DNA of 64,000 nt, taken from the IMG/VR virus record IMGVR_UViG_3300035661_000010; one strand, given 5' to 3'. The notes under the pieces were generated by a model. It was not told the origin of the DNA. It worked only from the letters and a program-made list of their open reading frames with translations, and did not search any database. The stretch comes from a virus. Made by a program: the position numbers and the translations under genes. Shown here one piece after another: positions 29,082-38,471 of the stretch (its first letter is position 1; each line of letters begins with the position of its first letter).

Positions 29082-30055
29082 ACGATCCCTCCTACAAGGG
29101 CATGATCGACCATGGTCTGGAGAAGACCCACGATCGCTGGTACGGCAACTACCGTGGCATCGTCGTCGACAACAAGGATCCGCAGGGCCTTGGTCGTATC
29201 AAGGTGCGCGTACCGGTCGTTGCGGGGAACGACACGCTTCCCATCTGGTGCTATCCCGAGTCACTCGGTGCCGGGCAGAAGAGTGGCTTCTTCTGGCCTC
29301 CGGATGAGGGCGATGGCGTCAACGTTTGGTTCGAGATGGGCGATACCCGGTTCCCGAACTACACGGGCGGCTGGTTTGGCGACGTAGACGGAGTCTCCGA
29401 TGTGCCGGACGAGTTTGCGCCTGAGAAGGGCAAGTCACCCACCCGTCGTGGCTTCCGCCTGAAGAACGGCATGTTCATGCTGTTTGAGACCAAGGAGGGA
29501 GAGGAGCTCGTTCAGATCGCATGGTCCAACGGCGACACCGCAGATGCCAAGAAGGCCGTGTTCGCGATGGACAAGAACGGGTCCATCTCGATGGTCTCGA
29601 AGAGCGGTCGCCGTCTTCAGCTCGACGAAGAAAACAAGCAGTTTTTCTACTCGGACGTGGACGACGGCGGCAACGCCATCAACACGCTCAGCGCAGATCT
29701 GTCCAAGGGGTGGGTGATCAGCGCAGCTGGCGGAGGGACCGTGGCATGCACCATTGCCATGGACCCGAGCAGCCAGAAGATCGCACTCCAGGCCCAGGGA
29801 GAGGTGAACGTCTCGGCTCCCAGCGCATCGTTCGAGTGCGGTACGGTCGCCATCGGCGGCTCGAAGGCGATCTTCTCTCAGGTGCTTGGTGAGCCGCTGA
29901 TGCTGATCCTGACCCAGTTCATCACGCAGGTCGCTGCGATCACAGTGAACACCGGAGTCGGGCCCAGCTCGCCACCGAACAATGCCGACCAGATCTCTGC
30001 TCTGTCTGCTCAACTCATCACGATGCTCAGCATCGGGCACAAGGTTTCGCCCTGA
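29078..30055 (+). CDS. Central spike protein (gp5/gpV/VgrG OB-fold)
   Basis: YGNYRGIVVDNKDPQGLGRIKVRVP...GFFWPPDEGDGVNVWFEMGD..P. Confidence 0.9.
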   Translation: MNDPSYKGMIDHGLEKTHDRWYGNYRGIVVDNKDPQGLGRIKVRVPVVAGNDTLPIWCYPESLGAGQKSGFFWPPDEGDGVNVWFEMGDTRFPNYTGGWFGDVDGVSDVPDEFAPEKGKSPTRRGFRLKNGMFMLFETKEGEELVQIAWSNGDTADAKKAVFAMDKNGSISMVSKSGRRLQLDEENKQFFYSDVDDGGNAINTLSADLSKGWVISAAGGGTVACTIAMDPSSQKIALQAQGEVNVSAPSASFECGTVAIGGSKAIFSQVLGEPLMLILTQFITQVAAITVNTGVGPSSPPNNADQISALSAQLITMLSIGHKVSP

Positions 30056-30064
30056 AAGGTCGCA

Positions 30065-30466
30065 GTGTCTCTTCCGTGCGTAGTCATCAAGTTCCCAACG
30101 ATTGCGCTGCCGATCCCGAGCATCAAGTTCCCGGGACTGCCGTCGTTGCCGAGCCTCACGCTGCCGAGCCTCACGCTCATCGGCGTCACGATGCCTTCGC
30201 TCAAGCTGCCCGGGTTCTCGTTGCCGATTCCAAGCATCAAGTTTCCTGGGCTTCCGAGCTTGCCCTCGCTCAGTCTGCCGTCGCTCAACCTGATCGGCGT
30301 CAAGATGCCATCGGTCAAGTTGCCCGGCTTCAGTCTTCCGATCCCGAGCATCAAGTTCCCGAGCATCCCCAAGCTTCCGAGCTTTCCGCCTCCGATGCCG
30401 CTCTGCGTCGGTGCGGGAGAGAATCCGAACCTCGCCGCGAACGACGCGACGGCACTGGCGGCATGA
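30065..30466 (+). CDS. Pro/Leu/Ser-rich repeat protein
   Basis: Three LPIPSIKFP blocks with a 39-aa repeat unit; terminal Cys residues. Confidence 0.6.
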   Translation: MSLPCVVIKFPTIALPIPSIKFPGLPSLPSLTLPSLTLIGVTMPSLKLPGFSLPIPSIKFPGLPSLPSLSLPSLNLIGVKMPSVKLPGFSLPIPSIKFPSIPKLPSFPPPMPLCVGAGENPNLAANDATALAA

Positions 30467-30473
30467 GGTCAGC

Positions 30474-30941
30474 ATGCCCCTGAATCCCATCCAGCTCGGC
30501 GCAGACTTCGAGAAGGTGTTCAATTCGAAGCCGCCCACCGCTATGAAGGCGGCCAAGGCGCTTGCTCAGGCGTACGACAAATACGCATCGCAAGCACTTG
30601 CGGGAGCGTGCATGCCGACGACACCAGGAAACGTGGCTGCCATGGTGCCCGTCCTGGCAGCGGTCATGGCTCCGTCCCCAGTACCTGGTCTCCTGGAGCT
30701 CGGTTGGGCTACCGCTATCGCGCTCTACTGGATGACCGTTGTCTTTGTGGGTCCGCCAGTACCTCCATCGGTCGCGCCCACCGTGAGCGTATCGATCTCG
30801 TTCATTCCTCCAGGTCCGCTACTCGCGGTCTTGATGCTGCCTGTCCCTGGTGGAGCTGGGCTGAAACTTGCGATCGCTTGCCACGCATATACCGTCAGTG
30901 GTCAGGTAGCTTCTAACGGAGGTCCGCTCACTCTCGTGTGA
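30474..30941 (+). CDS. Hypothetical baseplate-region protein
   Basis: ATG 30474 after GAGG; sits between the spike and gp25 genes. Confidence 0.55.
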   Translation: MPLNPIQLGADFEKVFNSKPPTAMKAAKALAQAYDKYASQALAGACMPTTPGNVAAMVPVLAAVMAPSPVPGLLELGWATAIALYWMTVVFVGPPVPPSVAPTVSVSISFIPPGPLLAVLMLPVPGGAGLKLAIACHAYTVSGQVASNGGPLTLV

Positions 30942-30951
30942 AGGAACCAGC

Positions 30952-31344
30952 ATGCCCGTAATTGGTACAGGAAAAAGCGTGACTGGTATCGCTTGGCCGT
31001 GGGTTCCTTCTTCCGGAGGAATTCCTGCTCAGGTCAGCGACCAAGAAGCCGTGGCAGCGAACCTGCTCATCCTGTATTCGACACAACCTGGTGACGACAA
31101 GACGGCACCCACGTTCGGTCTGAACTTGAACAGCTTCGTCTTCGAGACGACGGGGGCCTTGCTTGATAACCTCGTGAAGGTGGAAGTCATCCGGTCTACA
31201 GAACTTTGGGAGCCAAGAGTCCAAGTAATCGACGTTGTGACCGTCGCCGACAACACCGATGACGGAACCGTGGTGACGATCACGGTCGACTACTACTTCA
31301 TCGGCGTCAGCAGCCAGATCACTTTCCAGCGGAGTACGGCATGA
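30952..31344 (+). CDS. Baseplate wedge / sheath initiator (T4 gp25 / gpW-like)
   Basis: GIAWPW, T.PG...PTFGLNL..FVFE, WEPRV. Confidence 0.85.
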   Translation: MPVIGTGKSVTGIAWPWVPSSGGIPAQVSDQEAVAANLLILYSTQPGDDKTAPTFGLNLNSFVFETTGALLDNLVKVEVIRSTELWEPRVQVIDVVTVADNTDDGTVVTITVDYYFIGVSSQITFQRSTA

Positions 31345-34067
31345 TCCTCTCGGCACCTGAGCTTGCAGACTTCCCGGTGTCCCCGAGCAACGGAGACATC
31401 GTCTTCAACACATCGCTGGATGCTGCTTACGTGTGGGCGCCTGGTGCTCCTGGCGTCGTCAATGGTGGCTGGCTGTTTCTGACCAGCGGGAGCATCTTGC
31501 GTTCGTCGGAGCGCGTGACTGACACGCTGACGCGCAGCGCCTACGCTGGGCGCGACTACCAGACTTTCCTCGACGAGGTGTCTGCGAACATCAAGTCGAA
31601 CTTCGGTTCGGTCTACAACGACTTCCTGACGGCCGCACCTGGCCGCATGCTGATGCGATTCATCAGCGCCGCCCTCGACACCCTCTCGTTCAACATGGAC
31701 CAGAGATCGGTCGAGGCGTACATGTTCCTGGCAACGCTTCGTTCGAGCATCGCGCGCAACGCGCATCAGCAAGGATACAAGCCCAACAGGGCGACGGCAG
31801 CGAGCCTCGATCTCACGCTCACGCTCCCCGATGGACCGTACGCGTTCGACGTTTCGATCAAGGCAGGGTTCCAGTTCGATGGACCGAACGGACTTGTGTT
31901 CGAGCAGAGCTCAGACACGGTCATCCCGTCTGGCTCCACTGTCGCCAGCAACGTTGGATACCACCAGGGCGAGACGGTCATCGAGGTCTTCACAAGCAAC
32001 GGAACCGCCAACCAGCGGTTCAAGCTTCGCCGTGTCGGTGCGGATCGCGAGATCGCACGAGACACCGTCACCTGTCTCGTGAACGGCACGACCTGGAACG
32101 AAAACGATTTCCTTCCGTTCGCTCCGGTCAACGAGTTCGAGGTGAGCTACGACACGAGCCCTCCATTCGTGAGGTTCGGCGACAGCGTTCTCGGGAACAT
32201 TCCTGCTGCTGGTGTCGAGATTCGAATTAAGTACGTCGCAACCAAGGGAGAGCTTGGAAATTCGGTCCCGGTGAACACCGTGACCCAACCGAAGACTGCT
32301 CTGGTGGCGAACTTCCAGGACATCACAGTGGTTGGCTCACACACGGGCTCGAGTTCTGGAGGAGCGCCAGCAGAGGATTCGCGTTCGGTGCAGGCAAACT
32401 CGCCGCGCTTTTTCTCGACAGCGAATCGCGCGGTGTCCCAGCCAGACTGGGACGCGTTGCTGAACGTATTCTCCGATGGGTTCGTCGGCACGGTGGCCAA
32501 GGGCCGTGCGCAGGTTATCCGTGGCGTGAAGAAGGAGCTGACGATTCAGAGCCTACTGGCTGCCATCAAGGCCGCCTCTTCTCCGACCGCCGGTCTTGCC
32601 ACGATCACGGCTGCCAACGTCACCATTCGTTCGAAGACGAACGCCGTCAGGGCAAAGGTCGTCGACATCGGCGCTCAGCATGATGCTGTGGCCGCCAAAA
32701 AGGCGCTCCTGGACACGTCGCTTGCAGGATCGCTCACCGACACGAGCAATGCGAAGACGGTTGTCGCCACGCTGAAGGCGGAGCTTGGCGATCTTCCGTA
32801 CCAAGAGCTTCTCGGCGTGTCGGACGGCTCGACGACGGTCTTTGCATCCGGGCTGTCCAAGCTGCCGGTTGTACCTGGCACCGTCGCGGTGCTCGTGTCG
32901 CCCATGAACACGGTCGCGTCCGATTCGAATGGTGACGCGAACTCGTTTCCTGGACAGATCTCCATCGGAGCGTCGGTTTTCACGTCCGACATGGTCGGTC
33001 AGATCATCAAGATTGGAGCCGACTACAGAAGGATCATCGCCTTCGCGAGCGGCACGCTGGTCACGTACAGTGGACCGAAGATTTCGGGAACGACCCTCCA
33101 TGTCTACGTCTATGGAAAGACCATCCAGGCGTTCGACGATGGAGCCGGCGCGATCGTTGGTGCCGGGATCACAACGGGCACGATCAACTACGCGACTGGG
33201 TCCGTCTCGATCACCTTCGCAGCTGCTCCTTCTGGCGATCCGGGATTTGGTGGTCATCCCGTCATGTGCTCGTACCGATACAAGGACGCGCACATGCGCG
33301 GAGAGACGGACTCGATCAACACGTACATCGTGGATGCGGAGACCAAGATTGCAACCGCCCAGGCGGACTCCACGGCGATGGCGGCTCTCCTTGCGCTGAT
33401 CGATGCGGACGAAGCCGCGATCAATGGTCTTTGCACCAACATCGACACGTCGACAGCAACAAGCGACGGAGGAGTCGGAACGGCCCAGCTGGTTCAGGAA
33501 GCCGTAGGGATCGCAGCCGACAACCTGGAGTCGTACCTCGACACGGTCATCAGTGGCGAGTGCAAGGCAAACATCGTCCAGTGCAAGATTCTGACGTTGG
33601 ATGCAAACGACGACTATGCCCCTCCGACCCAGGCGCTCTGTACGGCCGTGAAGGCGTACTTCGATCCGCTAAAGATCATCACGACCACGTGCTCCGTCGT
33701 GAGCGGATACAGGGATCTCATCGCCGTGAACATCACGATCAAGATCGAGGTGGAGAGAAACTTCCTGTACGCCAAGGTCCGGCCACTCGTCGATGCTGTC
33801 GTGACGCCGCTCCTCAAGAAGCGGGACTACAACGTTCCGCTCTTGGTCTCCACCCTGTACCGCACCATCGTGCCGTTCAACGGCGTGGGTGGCGTGACGG
33901 GTGTAGCGAGCGCCATCGTCAAGATCACGGACACGACCTGGAAGGATCCGTCCAACACGGATCCGGTCGTGATGCCGAACGCGGACGGGGACCTCATCCC
34001 GCCGGATGGGACCGCCATCGTCCGCGGAACGATCACGTACAGCGAGCTCGTTCGAGCGTCGAGCTAG
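31341..34067 (+). CDS. Baseplate J / T4 gp6-like wedge protein with a large coiled-coil plus beta-domain insertion
   Basis: RDYQT, ATLRSSI, SNGTANQRF, VRFGD..GNIP, GGAPAE, RAVSQPDW. Confidence 0.85.
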   Translation: MILSAPELADFPVSPSNGDIVFNTSLDAAYVWAPGAPGVVNGGWLFLTSGSILRSSERVTDTLTRSAYAGRDYQTFLDEVSANIKSNFGSVYNDFLTAAPGRMLMRFISAALDTLSFNMDQRSVEAYMFLATLRSSIARNAHQQGYKPNRATAASLDLTLTLPDGPYAFDVSIKAGFQFDGPNGLVFEQSSDTVIPSGSTVASNVGYHQGETVIEVFTSNGTANQRFKLRRVGADREIARDTVTCLVNGTTWNENDFLPFAPVNEFEVSYDTSPPFVRFGDSVLGNIPAAGVEIRIKYVATKGELGNSVPVNTVTQPKTALVANFQDITVVGSHTGSSSGGAPAEDSRSVQANSPRFFSTANRAVSQPDWDALLNVFSDGFVGTVAKGRAQVIRGVKKELTIQSLLAAIKAASSPTAGLATITAANVTIRSKTNAVRAKVVDIGAQHDAVAAKKALLDTSLAGSLTDTSNAKTVVATLKAELGDLPYQELLGVSDGSTTVFASGLSKLPVVPGTVAVLVSPMNTVASDSNGDANSFPGQISIGASVFTSDMVGQIIKIGADYRRIIAFASGTLVTYSGPKISGTTLHVYVYGKTIQAFDDGAGAIVGAGITTGTINYATGSVSITFAAAPSGDPGFGGHPVMCSYRYKDAHMRGETDSINTYIVDAETKIATAQADSTAMAALLALIDADEAAINGLCTNIDTSTATSDGGVGTAQLVQEAVGIAADNLESYLDTVISGECKANIVQCKILTLDANDDYAPPTQALCTAVKAYFDPLKIITTTCSVVSGYRDLIAVNITIKIEVERNFLYAKVRPLVDAVVTPLLKKRDYNVPLLVSTLYRTIVPFNGVGGVTGVASAIVKITDTTWKDPSNTDPVVMPNADGDLIPPDGTAIVRGTITYSELVRASS

Positions 34068-34075
34068 GAGATCCT

Positions 34076-34492
34076 ATGTCCAAGACACCGCTTTTGCAGT
34101 TCGACAAGCCGACCGAGGAACAGGAGCCTTGGTGGGACTTCCGCGACGCCCTCGATGATGCGTTCGACCGAGCCATCTACTCCGTCTTGGAGATGGAAAA
34201 CACGGTTCTCGTTGGAGGAGGCACGCTGGCGTTCGACGGAACGAACTTCTCCTGGAACGCCGCTCTGGAGCTGCTGAACCTGGTGACAGGCATCGTCATC
34301 ACGATCCCGGCTGGGTCGATCGCCGTACCGGATGGAACGATTCTCTACGTGTCTGTCGCCAGGCCGCTGACCGCGAACGTGCCGGCGGCCCCCATCCTGA
34401 CAGCGAACACGCTCAGTGCCGACTTCAGCAAACAGTGGTTCGCCGTCCGTCGTGGAGCACATGTCTACCTGCTTAATGGAACCAAGGTCTGA
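34076..34492 (+). CDS. Tail fibre / baseplate accessory protein
   Basis: ATG 34076 after AGGAG; TPLLQFDKP..E.PW N-terminus typical of phage fibre-associated proteins. Confidence 0.55.
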   Translation: MSKTPLLQFDKPTEEQEPWWDFRDALDDAFDRAIYSVLEMENTVLVGGGTLAFDGTNFSWNAALELLNLVTGIVITIPAGSIAVPDGTILYVSVARPLTANVPAAPILTANTLSADFSKQWFAVRRGAHVYLLNGTKV

Positions 34493-34974
34493 TGGCAAAG
34501 GGAGCTGGATATGGGTATGGGAGGTACGGTCATGGACCGTACGGTCATGCCGATTGGACGTACTTCGTTCTTTATAAGGAGCTGCCGCCGCGCATGCAGC
34601 AGCAGGACGCGGACTCGGGTGGCTACTACGAGAAGTTTGTTCGCGCGCTCTGCCTTCCGATGAACCGCCTTCGGGTGCTGATAAACAACTTCTCGTCGCT
34701 CACGAATCCGCTCGAGGTCCGCCTGGATCTGCTCAGGTACTACAGCGCAAGCTTCGGATTGGAGACCGATACGGTCGAGGCTGAGACGTTCCAGCGTTCA
34801 GCCGCGGACATCTACGGGCGCTTTCGTTTCATCAAGGGCGTGTCGCAGAGCTTCGTGGTCCTTGCTCGGGTCCACGGTTTCGAGGCGACCGTGCAAGAGC
34901 TTTGGTTCGACGGCACCAGTCTCTCGGCAACGCAGACAGGCGTGGTCGATGAGGTTGTGGGGGAGATCCTGTGA
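34492..34974 (+). CDS. Baseplate protein, P2 gpI / gp7-like (N-terminal part)
   Basis: LYKELP, DLLRYYSASFG, IKG motifs; YG-rich N-terminus. Confidence 0.65.
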   Translation: MAKGAGYGYGRYGHGPYGHADWTYFVLYKELPPRMQQQDADSGGYYEKFVRALCLPMNRLRVLINNFSSLTNPLEVRLDLLRYYSASFGLETDTVEAETFQRSAADIYGRFRFIKGVSQSFVVLARVHGFEATVQELWFDGTSLSATQTGVVDEVVGEIL

Positions 34975-35537
34975 CAACGAACACGGTTCCCAACACAAGC
35001 GGCCAGTACGGCATCACACCGTATGGAGACGGCGAGTATGGCGGGCACGACTCGTCCATTCCGGCGTTCTCTGGAGCGCTGAACTGTCCACCGATCACCC
35101 CAGGCACCGTGGAGATTTTCACGGCGACGAACACGGTCACGGACGACGGAGAAGGCAACCTCATCGGCCAAGGTGCTGGGACGCTCGACTACAGGACAGG
35201 CGAGTTTAGCGTGTCTTTCTCCACGCAAGAGATCGGCGCGGTGGTCAAGGCCACGTATATGCCACAAGAAGGCGGGTGCGACTGCGGCTCGTGCAAGACC
35301 CACAAGTTCAGGCTCCTCGTCGTACCGGGTACCAACATCGGGCAGAACCAGATCGCGGTCTCCGACGCTTTTGCTCGGCTGATTCACAAGCTGAAGACGA
35401 TCACGCCGATCCATGCAGTTTGGGAGCCGCTGCTCATCAGCGAAAGTATCGAGATTCAGGTCACGACTCTCTTCGATAGAACGTCCGGCGATGCCGTCAA
35501 TGTGGACGGAACCGGGCTCAGGGTGGAGGTCACATGA
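34971..35537 (+). CDS. Baseplate wedge protein (gpI C-terminal-like) with shared beta module
   Basis: YG repeats, DDGEGNL..GTLDYRTG module, KLKTITPIHA. Confidence 0.55.
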   Translation: MTTNTVPNTSGQYGITPYGDGEYGGHDSSIPAFSGALNCPPITPGTVEIFTATNTVTDDGEGNLIGQGAGTLDYRTGEFSVSFSTQEIGAVVKATYMPQEGGCDCGSCKTHKFRLLVVPGTNIGQNQIAVSDAFARLIHKLKTITPIHAVWEPLLISESIEIQVTTLFDRTSGDAVNVDGTGLRVEVT

Positions 35538-36247
35538 GCATCCAGGGTGTACTGACAGACGCTGGCCGAAAGGCGATGGGTCGAGGCTGGGCTGGACTCA
35601 TCAAGAACGTGGCCTCGTACTTCGTCGTTGGCGAAGGTGGAGCTAACTCGGTGAACGTTCCATCGGAGACGGGAGCCACCGGCAACGGTGTGCTCAAGAA
35701 CTTCTCGTTCACGATCTCTCAGGTGCCCATCGTCCGCGGATCGGTGACGATCGTAGCGGGAGCGGTCACGGGTACAGACAACGGAAATGGAAACATCTCC
35801 GGTGCAGGCGTGTCTGGATCGATCAACTACAAGACTGGGCTCGTGAACATCACGTACACGGTGGCGGTACCGAACCTGACCGCCATCGTGGTGAGCTACC
35901 ACTACCGGGCGACACCAAAAGCTCCGGACGTGGCGCTGGTTGCCCTGGAGGCCGAGTCGACGTCCTCAACGCCCGGCGACATTGGATACCTCGCTCGCTA
36001 CAAGAAGCACTTCGGAGTCGACATCACGACCACGGCTGTCTACACGGACTCGCCGTCGCCTCGCGTGGTTTGCACGTGCTTCTTGGACCTGCCGGAGTTC
36101 ATCGACGACGGTCGTGGCGACTCGCCGGTGGTCTGGGAGCTCGGCGTCTACGATTCCGAGGACAATCTGATCGCGTACTGTACGCTTACGAAGGAGAACA
36201 AGAACGGGTCTACCCAGTTTAGTCACACCGTCTCGCTTCTCTGGTAG
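35534..36247 (+). CDS. Baseplate / tail-fibre attachment protein with shared beta module
   Basis: VLTDAGRKAM, VVGEGG, WELGVYD..NLIAY..ENK motifs typical of P2 gpH N-terminal/gp8-like proteins. Confidence 0.65.
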   Translation: MSIQGVLTDAGRKAMGRGWAGLIKNVASYFVVGEGGANSVNVPSETGATGNGVLKNFSFTISQVPIVRGSVTIVAGAVTGTDNGNGNISGAGVSGSINYKTGLVNITYTVAVPNLTAIVVSYHYRATPKAPDVALVALEAESTSSTPGDIGYLARYKKHFGVDITTTAVYTDSPSPRVVCTCFLDLPEFIDDGRGDSPVVWELGVYDSEDNLIAYCTLTKENKNGSTQFSHTVSLLW

Positions 36248-36256
36248 GAGTACGTA

Positions 36257-36949
36257 ATGGGTTTCGGTGGCGTAGTTGCATCCCTGGTTGGAAAGAAGTC
36301 GTCGGCCGAGGAGCTGGCGCAGGTCTACATCGTGCCCCTGAACTCGGACGGCGGGATCTCGCCAGTCGGTGATTACCCGCTTCAGTACTGGCCTGATTCG
36401 ATCACCTGGTCGAACTCCCCAGGTTGGGCGTCCAAGACGGTGCACGGAGGATCGCACCCGCTCTACCAGTGGTTCTCTGGCGGCGAGCGCGTTCTCTCGT
36501 TCAACGCTGAGTTTTCTCGTGATCTACAGGGAGAGATCGTTGGCAAGTCGCTGATCGTCCCCCCTGGTTCGGTGCCGCGCGATCGGTACAACGTGGACAT
36601 CGTTGCAGCCGTCCAGTGGCTGGAGTCGCTGGGGATGGGTCGCTACCAGGCGTTTTCTCCGGGTGGTGTGGACCCGCCTCCCACGCTCTATGTCGTGATC
36701 CCGAATAGTGGGATCGGTCGCACCAAGGGCGGCGCTCCGAGCGACTACTTTCAGTCGGTCATGGTGGGCTGCAACCCCACGATCGATGCCTGGTTCCCAG
36801 ATGGTACGCCGAGGCACGCGACCGTCGCACTCTCGTTTGCGGAGGTGGCGCAGTCCTCGGACGGCATCGTCTGGGCAGACCGTAAGAGGTACGAGCGTGG
36901 CAAGGCGGGTGGCCAGAAGTACGGGGTACCGATTGCCAAGAAGGTTTGA
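36257..36949 (+). CDS. Tube initiator (CIS-tube / Afp7 / gp48-54-like)
   Basis: QYWPDSIT, PLYQW.SGGERVLSF, PPPTL, FPDGTPRHATVALSFAE. Confidence 0.75.
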   Translation: MGFGGVVASLVGKKSSAEELAQVYIVPLNSDGGISPVGDYPLQYWPDSITWSNSPGWASKTVHGGSHPLYQWFSGGERVLSFNAEFSRDLQGEIVGKSLIVPPGSVPRDRYNVDIVAAVQWLESLGMGRYQAFSPGGVDPPPTLYVVIPNSGIGRTKGGAPSDYFQSVMVGCNPTIDAWFPDGTPRHATVALSFAEVAQSSDGIVWADRKRYERGKAGGQKYGVPIAKKV

Positions 36950-36951
36950 GC

Positions 36952-37149
36952 ATGGGCAAGCAGGTCGATTTCGAGTCAAAGCCAAACGGGACCATGTCGC
37001 TCATGGTCGTGGACTCAACCGTCGTGAACCTCCTCGGGAAGATCGGCGCAGAGAGGGGTCTGCGTGTCGAGGAGGCGCTCAGCGAAGCTGTCACCGATTA
37101 CCTCGTGAAGAGCGGGTACGACCCGGCAACAGGAGAGAAGATCCGATGA
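36952..37149 (+). CDS. Small RHH-like protein
   Basis: LGKIGAERGLRVEEALSEAVTDYL pattern. Confidence 0.45.
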   Translation: MGKQVDFESKPNGTMSLMVVDSTVVNLLGKIGAERGLRVEEALSEAVTDYLVKSGYDPATGEKIR

Positions 37150-37685
37150 AGAAGGTGCTGTCGTTTCCAGGGTTCATCGTGTTCGGGTTGTTCGTTCTCA
37201 CGATCTCGCTGTTCGTGCTCACCACGTGCGAGCGCGATGCCCTTGCGCAAGCGAGTGCGCAGTGTGAAGGCCCGAAGGACATGTGCGACAAGATCGCGCA
37301 GCTCCAGGGACAGCTTGCTGCCAAGGATCAGGCGACTGTTCCGACAGATCGGATCGCGTGGCTCATTGCCTCGGCAGGGACGATCTCCGTCTTGCTGAAG
37401 ATGCTCATCAGCGGACTGACGAACTGGTCCAAGTTCTTTCGCTTCTCGGATCGAAGCGGCGCCGTGATTCGTCTCCTCACGATCGCAGCAGGTCTCCTGA
37501 GTGGCCTGTTCGCGAACCTCGCGTTCCACATCCCGTGGTGGCAGGCCATCATCGTGATGGCAGGCGGACCCGGTGCGATTGCGTTCCACGAGCTCCTCCA
37601 GATCATCCCGGCATTGCGTGGAACCGGACCCCTTCCGGCAGAAGAGGCTGTTGCGGCTGTGAACGTCGCTGACAGCTCGAAGTGA
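37146..37685 (+). CDS. Multi-pass membrane protein (holin-like)
   Basis: ATG 37146; N-terminal hydrophobic helix plus about three further TM segments. Confidence 0.55.
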   Translation: MKKVLSFPGFIVFGLFVLTISLFVLTTCERDALAQASAQCEGPKDMCDKIAQLQGQLAAKDQATVPTDRIAWLIASAGTISVLLKMLISGLTNWSKFFRFSDRSGAVIRLLTIAAGLLSGLFANLAFHIPWWQAIIVMAGGPGAIAFHELLQIIPALRGTGPLPAEEAVAAVNVADSSK

Positions 37686-37692
37686 GGCTTCG

Positions 37693-38028
37693 ATGAGCTG
37701 CGAAACACCGTACTGCTACGTCGGAACGGCCCAGCCGGAATACGTCACGTTGCAGATCGCGGACGATACTGGCGTCGATCTGACCACTGTCACGGCAGTG
37801 AACCTGATGGTGACCCGTGGTGACGCGACGACATCGACATGGGCCTGCGACATCGTCTCGAAGACGAAGAAGCTCATCGTGGTGTCACACACGTTCGCGG
37901 CGGATGGCAGCGATGTCCCCGTCGTCGATACACTCTCGCTTGCTCCGATCATGACGGTGTCAGCGGGGTTCATTCATGGCGATCCGGTCCTGTTCGAGGT
38001 CCGCTCGCTCGTAGCCAGCAGGGACTAG
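37693..38028 (+). CDS. Ig-like (BppU-type) tail-associated protein
   Basis: VDLTTVTAV.L.V.R.D...W...YTF/HTF..D pattern. Confidence 0.5.
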   Translation: MSCETPYCYVGTAQPEYVTLQIADDTGVDLTTVTAVNLMVTRGDATTSTWACDIVSKTKKLIVVSHTFAADGSDVPVVDTLSLAPIMTVSAGFIHGDPVLFEVRSLVASRD

Positions 38029-38036
38029 GAGTTCAG

Positions 38037-38471
38037 ATGCGAAAAGTCATGGCGATGACATGTATTGCGGTTCCTTCTGCGTCGCTCATCGGTCGCCTGG
38101 GAGGCATGTACGGCGAGAAGATGGCGCCGGACTCCAGGACGGTCGGCGGCATCCTGGACGACATCGTCAAGACTGATGCTTTCGCCAGGCTCATCTCGGA
38201 AGGGTTCACCAAGTACCTCAAGGCTGGCGGCGCCATCGACTGGGTCGACTTCGGCCACTTCGTTCTTGGTCACATGCTGGGAGATGGGGCGACCACCCTG
38301 ACCGGACGAGCCCTCGCCACGGCGGCAGACGTCATGGCAGCCAGGGAGCTAGGGCAGCTTCTGATGCAGGCTACAGAAGCGGTGCAACATAAGAAAACTG
38401 GGAAAGTCGACTCAACCCGGGTTGCAGAGTATGTTCTTCGGAGGATCAAGAAAGCGAGAGAGGGACGATGA
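38037..38471 (+). CDS. Hypothetical protein
   Basis: SD AGGAG, ATG 38037. Confidence 0.5.
   Translation: MRKVMAMTCIAVPSASLIGRLGGMYGEKMAPDSRTVGGILDDIVKTDAFARLISEGFTKYLKAGGAIDWVDFGHFVLGHMLGDGATTLTGRALATAADVMAARELGQLLMQATEAVQHKKTGKVDSTRVAEYVLRRIKKAREGR

Noticed and set aside
33266-34075. 5' part of the 408-aa ORF 33266..34492 (similarly the extended starts of 7531, 8108, 36708, 40416, 53509)
   Set aside because: These overlap real genes in another frame; downstream starts with an SD or stop-start overlap fit better
17612-36949. Stand-alone eCIS/tailocin or T6SS locus
   Set aside because: Capsid, protease, neck and tape measure genes lie in the same operon, so this is a phage tail
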